Shown in pieces: positions 8,436 to 17,962 of a stretch of 64,000 bases of DNA. Source of the stretch: an uncultured virus (IMG/VR IMGVR_UViG_3300035670_000116). Lineage: Duplodnaviria; Heunggongvirae; Uroviricota; Caudoviricetes. Position numbers and translations under genes: made by a program. Below the pieces are notes generated by a model. The model saw only the letters and a list, made by a program, of their open reading frames with translations. It was not told the origin of the DNA and did not search any database. The stretch's first letter is position 1; every line of letters starts with the position of its first letter. Location: the IMG/VR virus record IMGVR_UViG_3300035670_000116, one strand, 5' to 3'.

Positions 8436-8637
8436 GGCCGATCAATACATTTTGTGCATAATCTTCATGGTGCATCCTAAGGTCTGCAGCTAACTTTACA
8501 AGCTCCCAGTGAGTGTCCTCTGGAATCTCAAGGTCATAGCGTTTGTAGTCAGTCATGAAATTAGTGATTGGTTGGGTTGCTAGTTGACGAGCGTACTCCA
8601 TGATGTCCTGATCAACCTCAATGATCTTTGAGTTCAT
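8389..8637 (-). CDS. hypothetical protein, possible ribbon-helix-helix
   Basis: RYDLEIPEDTHWELVKLAA. Confidence 0.5.
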   Translation of the reverse strand: MNSKIIEVDQDIMEYARQLATQPITNFMTDYKRYDLEIPEDTHWELVKLAADLRMHHEDYAQNVLIGHVEHELDRKAKDRGD

Positions 8638-9572
8638 TTCTTAACGGCTGAGTGGAGTTGAGGAAGGGCTGTCCCTGGGAAAGGAACGTACCCCGCTTCC
8701 ATCATGTTAAAGAAAAGATCCCAGGCGTCATGCTGGGTAAACACCTCTTTTGGTTTGTAGGTACGCCAGTGGGTCAGTGGCGCCTGTGCTCCAGACTTGG
8801 TATGCAGTAGAACAAAACGCCCATCACTGGTGGCATCAGCAGGTGGTGCGTACCACCAGGCCACACACTTATCAGGAGTACCACTGGGGCTGGCGTTCCG
8901 TGCTTCCGTGCGTTTGCACAGCAGCTCACGGTACTTCTGCACCCAAGTCAGGTGGATGCACCAGGGTCTGAATCCCTTGATTTCTTGTTGGAACAAAGCC
9001 ACATTGTTGAGCTGACGCTGAAAGGACCCGCATGAACACCAAGGTTCAGATGCCGGAGCGGTGCCTTCGTCTTCCACCAGCTCACCGTCCAAATTAACGG
9101 GCCGATCTGGAAGCCGCATCCCGTCCGGCGCAACCAAATGGCCAAGGTCCGTTTGGTCAGATTGCAGGAGGGCGGTGAGTTTTGCTGGATCTGATAGGTG
9201 TATAAATTTGTCGGCCCAGTGCTTTTGAAGCTGAGCGTTCGGGGTGATGTGTCCGAGGGAGTGTCCATAGGTCCAGCCTTTGTAGATGATGTAGGAGTTG
9301 TAACGCCACATGCTGGGTCCCCTGTAGTCAGGTCCCAGGTAAGCAAAGAAATCTTTTAGGCGTGTGGTGTAATCGTGGAAGGCGTATTGAATTAACGCCC
9401 GGTTGTAAGTTTGCTCACTACCATCGCGGCGCACCACAAGGCAAGAATCATCTCGCAGATAAACGCCGGCGACATCGGTATCGTCAAAGTCCTTGAACGC
9501 ACGCCTGAGGTTTGTCCGCGTGTAAATGCACGCTTGTGCCGTGTTGAGTTCCTGTTGGGTTTGGGTTGACAT
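8634..9572 (-). CDS. SWIM zinc-finger protein, 312 aa
   Basis: WCSCGSF...WCIHL (CxC...CxH). Confidence 0.7.
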   Translation of the reverse strand: MSTQTQQELNTAQACIYTRTNLRRAFKDFDDTDVAGVYLRDDSCLVVRRDGSEQTYNRALIQYAFHDYTTRLKDFFAYLGPDYRGPSMWRYNSYIIYKGWTYGHSLGHITPNAQLQKHWADKFIHLSDPAKLTALLQSDQTDLGHLVAPDGMRLPDRPVNLDGELVEDEGTAPASEPWCSCGSFQRQLNNVALFQQEIKGFRPWCIHLTWVQKYRELLCKRTEARNASPSGTPDKCVAWWYAPPADATSDGRFVLLHTKSGAQAPLTHWRTYKPKEVFTQHDAWDLFFNMMEAGYVPFPGTALPQLHSAVKK

Positions 9573-9596
9573 GAGTTGAATTGGGTTGAGTTGAGA

Positions 9597-9836
9597 TCAG
9601 ATGAAGAGGTCCTGGTGCGGATCCTCTTTCTTCTTGGTTGATTCTGCATTGGAGTAAGCGCTCTTTGCAATACGGTAAGTGGCATAAGCAAGAGCACCCC
9701 ATGCAACGGGATTGCCTACCACCGCAAGGATACCAGCTCCCACCATGCCAAAGGTGCCAGCTGTAACAATTGCCGCTTTTTCTTTAGGATTCATTTGTTT
9801 TACTAGAATTAAAATGAATTGTTCAGTGGTGTACAT
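9597..9836 (-). CDS. small membrane protein
   Basis: Gly/Ala-rich hydrophobic stretch AAIVTAGTFGMVGAGILAVVG. Confidence 0.55.
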   Translation of the reverse strand: MYTTEQFILILVKQMNPKEKAAIVTAGTFGMVGAGILAVVGNPVAWGALAYATYRIAKSAYSNAESTKKKEDPHQDLFI

Positions 9837-10094
9837 ATGGAAATTAAGTACGTCCCACTTAGTCAGTTCCAGATTGAACCCTCCATGGAGGATAAGTTCT
9901 GGGAAGAAAAGATCAAAAGGTCAATAGAAGAATGTAATTCGGTAAGTACATTGAAAGAAATGGCGACCCTGCTTGCGCGGATCGCCACTCAACGTCAAGG
10001 TGTGATTCGTGGGTTGGTTCAAGACATGTTCATCTTCAACAATGTTGCAGTTGAACAAGAAGACTTGACCAACCCAGAGATCAAATCAGAGTGA
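9837..10094 (+). CDS. divergent NblA-like phycobilisome degradation adaptor
   Basis: PSMEDKF..EKIKRSIEE....TLKEMATLLARIATQRQGVIRGL fits the NblA helix-loop-helix pattern. Confidence 0.5.
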   Translation: MEIKYVPLSQFQIEPSMEDKFWEEKIKRSIEECNSVSTLKEMATLLARIATQRQGVIRGLVQDMFIFNNVAVEQEDLTNPEIKSE

Positions 10095-11198
10095 GTCATC
10101 CTCACCAGTCATCTCATCCCGAGCGGGAAGAGCTTTGACATCGACAGGATCTGTGGTGCGAGACACAGGAAGAATCTCAACACCAGGCTTGATGCCATAG
10201 GCACCACCCAGTTTGTCAGCATCCTGCTTGGCATGGATGTTGATGTAATCATTGAACAGTTCCTGGAACTTCCAAGTGGACTCACGATCCTCATCAGGAA
10301 TCGAGAGTTTGTTCAGTGATTCGATTGCGTCTTCCTGAGTGCTGTAATCAGGGATATCAAAAGATTCGATTGCGCAGATTTCAACGTTGTTGGCTCCACG
10401 CATCTCATTGGCAAGTACCGGAGCAAATACGGTAGTGGCGTAGAACTTTTCATTGAAGCTCAGGGGTACTTCTGCATCCAGTGCTTTGCTCAGGCACTTG
10501 GACATTTCCTTTTCGTACAGACGTACCTTCTCAGATACATCAGTACCATTCAATCCCTTCAGGGTCAGTACCATCGGGATCTTGTGAGCACGCTTGTTCT
10601 CCTGGGTCAGGATGTACACAAGGTATTTGGTACGCACGCTATAACGGCGCTTGTACATCTCACCTTTGCTGTTGGCAAGGTCGGCTGCAACCTTGTCATC
10701 ATCAAACAATGCCTTGACCTCAGGGTTCTCAAAGGTGCCAATGGTCTGGCGCATACCGCTGGTTTCTTCCACCATCAGGGGAGAACGCAGCAGAATCTGG
10801 AGGCGAGGCTCAGTGAAATTCAGACCTTCCTCAATGGAGGTATTGGGCGCCATGCCAAAGGTCTGCTTGTAATTCCAAATGACGGAACCCTTGGCAAAGT
10901 CAGATTCTTCTGCAGTCCAGCCGCAGGTATCCAAGTCGGACTTACGCACGAACCAACCACGAACTTTGGATTTGTTCAGCGGTTGGATGGTCACCAGGTT
11001 CTGGTAGCCAGAGACAAACTCCTTGGACTGGAACATCTTGAAAGATTCCAGGCCACGGGTAGCAAGGGCCGAGGTTTTCTTCACAGTCATTTTGTTAATG
11101 GGTTTCAGAGAAGGGGCAGAGTCAGAGGCAGAGTCAAAGGAAGACTCGAGTTCTTCCATCCAGGAATCACTCATCATGTCAGTCGGAGTGGCAGTCAT
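10086..11198 (-). CDS. 370-aa replication/recombination-module protein, DUF5895-like
   Basis: KYLVYILTQENKRAHKIPMVLTLKG motif; acidic tail; near SSB. Confidence 0.6.
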   Translation of the reverse strand: MTATPTDMMSDSWMEELESSFDSASDSAPSLKPINKMTVKKTSALATRGLESFKMFQSKEFVSGYQNLVTIQPLNKSKVRGWFVRKSDLDTCGWTAEESDFAKGSVIWNYKQTFGMAPNTSIEEGLNFTEPRLQILLRSPLMVEETSGMRQTIGTFENPEVKALFDDDKVAADLANSKGEMYKRRYSVRTKYLVYILTQENKRAHKIPMVLTLKGLNGTDVSEKVRLYEKEMSKCLSKALDAEVPLSFNEKFYATTVFAPVLANEMRGANNVEICAIESFDIPDYSTQEDAIESLNKLSIPDEDRESTWKFQELFNDYINIHAKQDADKLGGAYGIKPGVEILPVSRTTDPVDVKALPARDEMTGEDDSL

Positions 11199-11220
11199 GG
11201 TGTTGTCTGAGTTGGGACAC

Positions 11221-11247
11221 GGGTGCTTTTAACGTCATCCCAGGACG
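11221..11247 (-). promoter_or_regulatory. repeated leader pseudoknot, copy 2 (weakest)
   Basis: CGTC-CTGGGAT-GACG-TTAAAA-GCACCC. Confidence 0.55.
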
Positions 11248-11537
11248 GTTTCAGAGTCTACCTCCTCGGAATCTGGCGCTTGTGCCTTTTGCTTTTTTTC
11301 TTCACATTGGAAGTACTCGTCAGCAATGTCACGCATGCATCCGTAAATCACATCATCGTAATGACCGCAGCCACGCAAGAAATCAACGATGTGACGGATA
11401 ATGTTATCCGCAAACACTTCAGTAAATGTTGCTAGGTTTTGGCTATTGCCATCCTGGTGCAACAAATAGAAAGTGTCATGAGGAAGTTCTTCATTAACTG
11501 GAAGAATGAAATCAAATCCAACCTTTTCTTTTTCCAT
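11235..11537 (-). CDS. hypothetical protein
   Basis: IIRHIVDFLRGCGH motif; coupled to SSB stop. Confidence 0.6.
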   Translation of the reverse strand: MEKEKVGFDFILPVNEELPHDTFYLLHQDGNSQNLATFTEVFADNIIRHIVDFLRGCGHYDDVIYGCMRDIADEYFQCEEKKQKAQAPDSEEVDSETVLG

Positions 11538-12343
11538 TAGAAAGGTGCCTCCTCAAGTTCAGGTGCGGATCCGTACTGGCCAGGTAACTCTGGCAGGCCT
11601 GCATTTACAGACCAAGGATCACTCTCTTCTTCCGATCCACGCCCGCCCCACAGAGGAGCTGCGGAATCAGAAGACAGTGTGGTCGATGGTTTGATTTCTT
11701 GTGGTGCAGAAGATTGATTAGCTTTTGGAGCCAAGGTCATTGACACCAGCTGAATCTTGGTCTGACTCTTCTTCTCACCAGTGGCGTTATCTTTCCAGGA
11801 GTCAGTAACAAGCCTGCCCTGGATCGTAAGACCAGTTCCTTTACGTGTGAAGTTAACCAAGAGTTCAGCATTGTTTAATTTATCTTCTGCCGTATTGATG
11901 GCATAGAAGTTAAACAGATCAGCTTGGTTGCGACCGGTGTTAACAGACAGAGTCTGGTTACAGATCATCAACCCACTCTCGGTGGTTTTGAAGGCGCGTG
12001 CGTCATCCGTAGCAATGTCTTTAACGCAACGGCCGCTGAGGATGACGGTGTTAAGCATCGGGAACTGATCGTTGACTTGTACAACAGTGCCGCCATGGAG
12101 CGAGTGCGTTCTGCTGTCAATGTCGAAACGTAGCTTGGCGCCGTGAACGTAGATGTAGTTTCCTTTTTTAAGGCGAGCAAATCGCTCTGCGTTTTTTCCA
12201 TAGATGTTGAGATCAAGTTGGGTTTGAGCTTTGTTACCCACGGGCGGCAGGATAACCGTGCAGCGCATGGCAGTTGATGATGCTGAGGTAAAAACCTCAC
12301 GCGGATCTTCGGACAGATACGCGTAGACAGAAGCAAAGTTCAT
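11537..12343 (-). CDS. ssb: single-stranded DNA-binding protein with two OB folds
   Basis: LNTVILSGR, KGTGLTIQGRLVTDSWKD; N-terminal OB-like repeat; tail EEAPF. Confidence 0.85.
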   Translation of the reverse strand: MNFASVYAYLSEDPREVFTSASSTAMRCTVILPPVGNKAQTQLDLNIYGKNAERFARLKKGNYIYVHGAKLRFDIDSRTHSLHGGTVVQVNDQFPMLNTVILSGRCVKDIATDDARAFKTTESGLMICNQTLSVNTGRNQADLFNFYAINTAEDKLNNAELLVNFTRKGTGLTIQGRLVTDSWKDNATGEKKSQTKIQLVSMTLAPKANQSSAPQEIKPSTTLSSDSAAPLWGGRGSEEESDPWSVNAGLPELPGQYGSAPELEEAPF

Positions 12344-12363
12344 GAGTTCAGAAGTTAGGTGAA

Positions 12364-12390
12364 AGGCAGTTTAACGTCATACCTGGGACG
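12364..12390 (-). promoter_or_regulatory. repeated leader pseudoknot, copy 3 (upstream of ssb)
   Basis: CGTC-CCAGGTAT-GACG-TTAAA-CTGCCT. Confidence 0.7.
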
Positions 12391-12395
12391 TGGCA

Positions 12396-14255
12396 TTAGT
12401 GAGTTTCTGCCCAGGTCTTACCAACCCTGGAATCGCCATCGATCTTACACCGAAATCCAAAGAACTCCTGTGCCTGCGGGAACGCACGCAAGGCTTGCTC
12501 CTGGACCACGGGTGTTAGATCTTTGGGACACGACAGTTGGATTTCATCATGAATCATGGCGTGTTGAATCCAATTGCGCTCGTGAACTAAACCAAGTTCA
12601 GTCAAATTGTTATGTAAGTTAATGACAACTTGTTTCATAATCAGGGCGCCTGCAGCTTGCAGAAGCAAATTCAATCCCTTAAATTCAGATCTACAAAACA
12701 AAGCGCGTTGATCTAAACCCCGCAAAAATCCACGGGATTGAATTGTGGATGCGATGTTTTCCTTCAAAGATTTAAGAGCTGGCACACCCCGCATGAATCC
12801 ATTAATTGCAGAACTTCCCAGTTGACGCAGAACTTCTGGATCTTTTTCATTCGGGTTAATGATAGTGCCTGCTTTAATAGCGCCACATCCATAGAGCATT
12901 CCATACAGCAGACGTTTGCTTACGTCCCTATTATCTACACCAAACTGTTGTTGGTTGTAGATATGGATATCAATGGATTCATCTGTTACCAGACGGGCGT
13001 ACTCACCATCATCCCAGATGGCCAGGTATCCAGCAAGGCAACGTAACTCAAGAGCTTTAGCATCGACCCCAATAAGGTCCCAACCATAAGGAGCGTGGAA
13101 AAGGTTGCGACATTCCTTTCCATACGGGGAGTAAGCTGCTGGGACCTGACCCATATTTGGATTGCGGTGTGCGCAGCGCCCGCTAATGCAACCGTTAGTA
13201 ACCAGATCCCCATGCATACAGAGATCATTGTTGTTGACAAGCTTGAGCCAAGCGTTGTTTCCATCTGCAATTTGACCAAGACGTTTCTTGACCAGCATGT
13301 ATTCAGCTAGGGGTCCGGCTTCGGGGTAGGGCAGAGCCGCGAGTATATCGTCATCAAGTATTGGATTTCCTTTTTCCGTTGTCTTGTCAGGCGTCCACCC
13401 GTACTTTTGTTTAAGTCGGTCTGCAATTTGAGTACGAGATCCCGGATTGAATTCCTCAAAGCGAACCTTCGTAAAGGGCTGACCTTTAACATAACCACGA
13501 GTTTTGTTGTTGACCTTAGGGATAAACGTTTCCTCATGCCGTATCGGCGGAAACAATTCCTTCAACTGGTCCTCCAGTTCCTTTTGCTTTGCTCTAAGGT
13601 CATCCACAAGATCAAGGCATGCATCAACATCAAAAGGAAAACCTGCTCGCACTTGTCGGTTAATTGCCAAGGCAAAGCCATGCTCCAGCTTGAGCGCTGG
13701 TTCCGGATACCTTTGTTGTGTAATGAACCGCCAGAGTTTGAGGGTGACCTGAACATCCTGGACGCAGTAGTCCAACATCTCCTGAGAATATTGGGAGAAG
13801 TCCTTGAACTCGATCTTATGATCGGCCAAGCGCCATCCCCAGGCCTCAAGAGATGCGGTGCCACGCCGCTTCGCTGGAACTTGCGGATATTGTTCACTGT
13901 CCAATTCCTCCAAAACTTCTTTGGGCCAGATCAATCTGGTGCAAACAAGCGTGTCGATAATGCGGCATTTGCAGGCAAATGAATGTAGTTTTTGTAGAAC
14001 TGGAATGTCATAAAAGATTATGTTGTGGCCAATGAGTACATCAGCGGTTGCCAAATGAGCAAGAGCAGCATCAATAAGATCAGGCCCGTAAGTAAAAGTT
14101 TCTGCTCGTGTGATGTCATAAAGAACAATGCAGAAAACTTGAGTGGCTTGATCGTAGAGCCCATTGGTTTCAATGTCAAAGATCAGCCATGTTTCATTTT
14201 CTGAAACGGGCTTCATCTTGAATTGAGAGTTCTTCACCGGCAAGAGCTTTGTCAT
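12396..14255 (-). CDS. polA: T7-like family A DNA polymerase with 3'-5' exonuclease (start may be 14216)
   Basis: FDIETNG, GHNIIFYD, YCVQDV; motif A DAKALELR, motif B RDVSKRLLYGMLYG, motif C IHDE. Confidence 0.95.
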   Translation of the reverse strand: MTKLLPVKNSQFKMKPVSENETWLIFDIETNGLYDQATQVFCIVLYDITRAETFTYGPDLIDAALAHLATADVLIGHNIIFYDIPVLQKLHSFACKCRIIDTLVCTRLIWPKEVLEELDSEQYPQVPAKRRGTASLEAWGWRLADHKIEFKDFSQYSQEMLDYCVQDVQVTLKLWRFITQQRYPEPALKLEHGFALAINRQVRAGFPFDVDACLDLVDDLRAKQKELEDQLKELFPPIRHEETFIPKVNNKTRGYVKGQPFTKVRFEEFNPGSRTQIADRLKQKYGWTPDKTTEKGNPILDDDILAALPYPEAGPLAEYMLVKKRLGQIADGNNAWLKLVNNNDLCMHGDLVTNGCISGRCAHRNPNMGQVPAAYSPYGKECRNLFHAPYGWDLIGVDAKALELRCLAGYLAIWDDGEYARLVTDESIDIHIYNQQQFGVDNRDVSKRLLYGMLYGCGAIKAGTIINPNEKDPEVLRQLGSSAINGFMRGVPALKSLKENIASTIQSRGFLRGLDQRALFCRSEFKGLNLLLQAAGALIMKQVVINLHNNLTELGLVHERNWIQHAMIHDEIQLSCPKDLTPVVQEQALRAFPQAQEFFGFRCKIDGDSRVGKTWAETH

Positions 14256-14460
14256 TGTTGTTAATCCACGCCAAGATTGATTGAGCCCCCGCCCTGTATG
14301 GGTGAGAGAAAATCGTATTGAGAGCTACCTCTGAATCTAACGGAATTAACAGGAATTGCTTGTTGTGAGGACAGGCAGTAATGGCGTACGGCCTGCCCTC
14401 TTTCCATGTAGCGATGACGTAAGACATGCAGGAAATGAAAGACGGACAGATGATATCCAA
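14194..14460 (-). CDS. hypothetical protein
   Basis: Tiles upstream of polymerase. Confidence 0.5.
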   Translation of the reverse strand: MDIICPSFISCMSYVIATWKEGRPYAITACPHNKQFLLIPLDSEVALNTIFSHPYRAGAQSILAWINNNDKALAGEELSIQDEARFRK

Positions 14461-14492
14461 TCCGTCAAGACTTGCAAGTTGTTTTACGTTAT

Positions 14493-15308
14493 TTACTGAT
14501 TTGATTTGCCGTATCCCACAAATCCACCTTCCTTCTTACGTTGAGAAATGGCCTTGCTTGCATCAGAGCCAGCACGCTGGGAGCCATGCACCAGAAGTGC
14601 AAACGGCTTGTCACCCAAACAGTGACTGTCATCATGATCAATCTCAAGGCCCATCTCAGCGGCCTGATCCTCTGTGTACACAACGTGTGCCACACGCTGA
14701 AACACATCGGGATGCTTGGGGATCAAGTAATCGAGTGTTCCACCAAAGGATGCAGTGAGATAGAAGTTAGGTGGAATGCAATCCTTGAGTGCAAGCCACA
14801 TGCCCAGTGATTTGGTGTAGGCATAGAACTTCTGCTCGGGTCTGGTTTGTGCAACCATGAACCAAGCCTTCATGTAGTTCTCAGTCCAAAAGTCACCTGA
14901 CTCATGGACACGAATGAGTTTCTTAGGTGGCTGCATCAACAGGGATAGATCGATCAGATCCCTGACCAGCACGGCCTGGTTCCCATTGGAGTAAATGGTT
15001 TCACGCAACAGATCCCAGTTGTACCAACGGGCGTCCCTTACGTTGGGCCTGACTTCTGCCATGGCAGCAAAGCACCTGAAGTCATGCTCTGTTGTGACGC
15101 CTGTGTACTGAGGCAGATCAGTAATGGCACCAGTGGTGCGATCTGCAAATGTTTTGCACACACCAGCATGAGGACATGAGTATCCAGCTGGCAGTGAGAA
15201 GATCAAACGATTCTTGAGCTTACCGTTACCGGTAGAAAACTTAAGGACTTTCATGAGCTGAATTGAATTGAATTGATAAGCGTAGCTTATGGGTAAGTTT
15301 AGGGACAT
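14493..15308 (-). CDS. GP88-family protein (start probably 15254)
   Basis: FSLPAGYSCP..C...CFA, IRVHESGDF, FYAYTK. Confidence 0.75.
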   Translation of the reverse strand: MSLNLPISYAYQFNSIQLMKVLKFSTGNGKLKNRLIFSLPAGYSCPHAGVCKTFADRTTGAITDLPQYTGVTTEHDFRCFAAMAEVRPNVRDARWYNWDLLRETIYSNGNQAVLVRDLIDLSLLMQPPKKLIRVHESGDFWTENYMKAWFMVAQTRPEQKFYAYTKSLGMWLALKDCIPPNFYLTASFGGTLDYLIPKHPDVFQRVAHVVYTEDQAAEMGLEIDHDDSHCLGDKPFALLVHGSQRAGSDASKAISQRKKEGGFVGYGKSNQ

Positions 15309-15508
15309 TCCAGGTCCATCAATACTTTTGAGAAGAGGCCGGGGATCCTGTACACAGATTTTAAGTAAGGGTCGGCCCTTACTCCCCAGCTTGCTTCATC
15401 GTTGACGTAACATCGCAGCTTCCACCCTGCGATATCAATGGCATCCGTGCTGAAACGGAATCCTTTAAAACAAACTCGTGGCCACGAGTGGTCTGCAGAA
15501 CCGAACAA
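15299..15508 (-). CDS. hypothetical protein
   Basis: Fills the gap; weak support. Confidence 0.4.
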   Translation of the reverse strand: MFGSADHSWPRVCFKGFRFSTDAIDIAGWKLRCYVNDEASWGVRADPYLKSVYRIPGLFSKVLMDLECP

Positions 15509-15569
15509 AGATTAACACATTTGTTACGGAATGAACGACATCAATTGAATGTCTGATCATATACTTTCC

Positions 15570-15583
15570 GTATCAATGGCTAC
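15570..15583 (+). promoter_or_regulatory. NtcA box GTA-N8-TAC
   Basis: GTATCAATGGCTAC just downstream of -10-like TATACT (15560-15565). Confidence 0.6.
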
Positions 15584-15590
15584 AGGACCA

Positions 15591-15743
15591 ATGACATTAA
15601 CCTATCGTGGCTGCAAGTACAGCCAAGAAGATCAAGCCCAAGCAGACCGTGCGTGGTGGAACGTGGCTCACCGGCCTTGGCTTGTGCTGACGTATCGTAA
15701 CGTGTGCTACTTCCCGTTCCTGACCGGAGGCCAGATCAAATGA
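15591..15743 (+). CDS. DUF4278-type cyanobacterial small protein
   Basis: LTYRGCKY and LTYRNVCY motifs; AGGA RBS. Confidence 0.7.
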   Translation: MTLTYRGCKYSQEDQAQADRAWWNVAHRPWLVLTYRNVCYFPFLTGGQIK

Positions 15744-15856
15744 AACCAGCACTGATCGTTTACTTGGTAAACACCAAAAAGAAATTGGCACGCAAGGAAG
15801 TTGAATCCAAGCATGCCATCAAGGAACTAAAAAAACAATACGCCGCGACCTTCTGA
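15740..15856 (+). CDS. 38-aa basic peptide coupled to DUF4278 gene (not in ORF track)
   Basis: ATGA overlap; MKPALIVYLVNTKKKLARKEVESKHAIKELKKQYAATF. Confidence 0.5.
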   Translation: MKPALIVYLVNTKKKLARKEVESKHAIKELKKQYAATF

Positions 15857-16105
15857 TCGCCACTCCGCCAAAGGATCCCCAGATTCTTCTGGGGGTTTTC
15901 TGTATGGAGGCATCAGATCTCCGTTAACATCAATGATGCCAGCTTCAATTAAGAAGTAGCGTGCAGCTTCTGGATCCTCATATTTCTTAATGAGGTTGTC
16001 AATCTGTTGAGCACACAGCCTGTCCGATGACAGGGAATTGTTCGCAGAAGATTTCTTTGATTCGTTCTGCGATTTGTCTGTGTTCGAGTTGAGTTCCTGG
16101 GTCAC
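15827..16105 (-). CDS. hypothetical protein
   Basis: ARYFLIEAGIIDVNGDLMPPY motif. Confidence 0.55.
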   Translation of the reverse strand: MTQELNSNTDKSQNESKKSSANNSLSSDRLCAQQIDNLIKKYEDPEAARYFLIEAGIIDVNGDLMPPYRKPPEESGDPLAEWRSEGRGVLFF

Positions 16106-16679
16106 AGCGAAGTTGTAAGTAATGGATCCATGAACGAAGTGTACCGTTCATGTAGAGACGGGTCTGTGTCGAAAGAGGCAGTATTGATCTGGCGCATTCC
16201 TTTGCCACACCACTGCTAAGCATCTCTCGATACAGGTGTTCGGCGTCCTCGTACAGCTGGCTAATGCGACGATAGTAGCCGGAGATAACATCAGAAGATA
16301 AGTCGTCAATACTATTCTGACGGTTTTTGTAATCTTGGCGACGAAGATGAGGAATAACAGCTGAACCCAACTCTCCTGTATCTGCATAACGCTGGCTGAA
16401 TTCTTGAAATGAGAACGAGCGATGCCTCAAGATTTGAGGTGAGATGGCACGAGTTGTTTCAATCTCAACGCACATGTTTCCCATTTCAAATGGGGACCAG
16501 TGTTTGTTATTGATGAGATACCGCAACAACCGTGGAGCTGTATCCATGTTGTCTTGATTGTTTGGGGCAGAGACCCGAGCCATCTTGACAATCATCTCTT
16601 CTGCGTTGGGCGTTGCCCAAATTAGTTTTACATCCATGGTCATTTGCAGTGTAGGAAGTAATGATACTTTGCACCCCAA
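15999..16679 (-). CDS. thyX: flavin-dependent thymidylate synthase (start near 16637-16643)
   Basis: HWSPFE, QILRHRSFSFQEFSQRY, KECARSILP. Confidence 0.95.
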   Translation of the reverse strand: MGCKVSLLPTLQMTMDVKLIWATPNAEEMIVKMARVSAPNNQDNMDTAPRLLRYLINNKHWSPFEMGNMCVEIETTRAISPQILRHRSFSFQEFSQRYADTGELGSAVIPHLRRQDYKNRQNSIDDLSSDVISGYYRRISQLYEDAEHLYREMLSSGVAKECARSILPLSTQTRLYMNGTLRSWIHYLQLRCDPGTQLEHRQIAERIKEIFCEQFPVIGQAVCSTD

Positions 16680-16852
16680 GGATCTGTATATTGAACAACA
16701 TCACATCCTTGATATTGATCAACAACTTTAAACTTTTCTTCCTGAGTATCAGGAGATTGAAAGATCATCGCAAGAATAATGAGAATGAAAGCTGAGATAG
16801 CAAGGCCCCAAAGGGTTCCTTGAAGAAGCATCCGTGTACGTACATCCATCAT
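16640..16852 (-). CDS. small membrane-anchored protein
   Basis: TM helix plus FKVVDQYQGCDVVQY motif. Confidence 0.65.
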   Translation of the reverse strand: MMDVRTRMLLQGTLWGLAISAFILIILAMIFQSPDTQEEKFKVVDQYQGCDVVQYTDPWGAKYHYFLHCK

Positions 16853-17160
16853 TCCCCCGGTACCAATACGTTCTTCATCATGGTAGTTAGATCACGCTCG
16901 TGGCAGATACGCATTTGTGCGTGTTCAGTTGGAGTTTGCAAATGATCCCATAGGATACGTAACATCTTTTGTTTGGAACCACGGGTTGTAATCTTTTCGC
17001 TAAAGCCAACCACAGTTCCATAACGTTGGCTGCGGTACTGAGCAATACGCTCCCTTACCTCAGCACGTACCGTCATCAAGCCATGGGTCTTGGGACGTTC
17101 AGCAACACGATCACCAATGTTGTAGGTCTGTTTGGTTTTCATTGTTCGTACCAGTTGCAA
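16849..17160 (-). CDS. hypothetical protein, SH3-like
   Basis: YNIGDRVAE...RYGTVV...ILWD. Confidence 0.55.
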   Translation of the reverse strand: MQLVRTMKTKQTYNIGDRVAERPKTHGLMTVRAEVRERIAQYRSQRYGTVVGFSEKITTRGSKQKMLRILWDHLQTPTEHAQMRICHERDLTTMMKNVLVPGE

Positions 17161-17498
17161 TCGGATGAATCAGGAGTGTCATATTCAGGGAAGTCATAAG
17201 AGCAACAAGTGCCCTTGATGTTGTGTTTGCAATCATCACACAACGACTTGGCCTGAGGTTCTGTAATTGAAACTGTTTCTGCGTTTAACAATTTGTAAAA
17301 CTGTGAAACAAGAAACAGATTGCGCTTTGCTTCTTCAAAGAAATCAGCAGTGACTTCATGAGTTGTAAAGCGTGATCCGCAGTGATCGCATTGTTTACGA
17401 CGACGCGTAGAAAAATGTGATTGCCTGCTTTCGATAACACGCAAGCCAGGTTGCTTGCAGTTAGGACATTCAGGAAGAAGAGTCTTCTGAAACGCCAT
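17139..17498 (-). CDS. NrdR-like zinc ribbon protein lacking the ATP cone
   Basis: CPNC...RVIESR...RRRKQCDHCGSRFTTHE; extra C-terminal Cys cluster. Confidence 0.75.
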   Translation of the reverse strand: MAFQKTLLPECPNCKQPGLRVIESRQSHFSTRRRKQCDHCGSRFTTHEVTADFFEEAKRNLFLVSQFYKLLNAETVSITEPQAKSLCDDCKHNIKGTCCSYDFPEYDTPDSSDCNWYEQ

Positions 17499-17950
17499 CA
17501 GTCGGGATCAATTGAACAAGGTGAGTTATCGCTACTGGTTTGTTGTTCTTCAGCCTCTCGCTTCTCCTTGGGCACAGGAATCTTGTCCAGCTGCAATGAA
17601 TCCAGAATGTACAAAGTTGACTCTTCACCTTTGATGCGGAACATATCTGGAATTATCTCCATTGGATTTTGGAGATAGTAATCAATCAGATACAGTTCAC
17701 ACATCTTGAACATGGTTTCCATTGGCAGTTCATCAACGATGTTTGCCACAGCAGCCTCAAGGACTGCAGGCCAGGTATGCCTAGGAACCATGTCACAAAC
17801 CTTAAGGACAAGATCCATGTCAACCTCTGCAGGTTGCGGGATTTCCTCTTGTTCTAATACATCTTCATAAGCTTGAGGCAGTTGATCTTCCATTGTTTCC
17901 GGATTGAGTTTCATAAGAAAGAGCCCCCGCTTACGCAGGGGCCTGAACAT
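17498..17950 (-). CDS. acidic hypothetical protein
   Basis: Coupled to downstream gene. Confidence 0.6.
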   Translation of the reverse strand: MFRPLRKRGLFLMKLNPETMEDQLPQAYEDVLEQEEIPQPAEVDMDLVLKVCDMVPRHTWPAVLEAAVANIVDELPMETMFKMCELYLIDYYLQNPMEIIPDMFRIKGEESTLYILDSLQLDKIPVPKEKREAEEQQTSSDNSPCSIDPD

Positions 17951-17962
17951 TCCGGACTGATA

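Noticed and set aside
15480..15590. Glutamine riboswitch upstream of DUF4278
   Set aside because: No recognisable glnA or downstream-peptide consensus or stems
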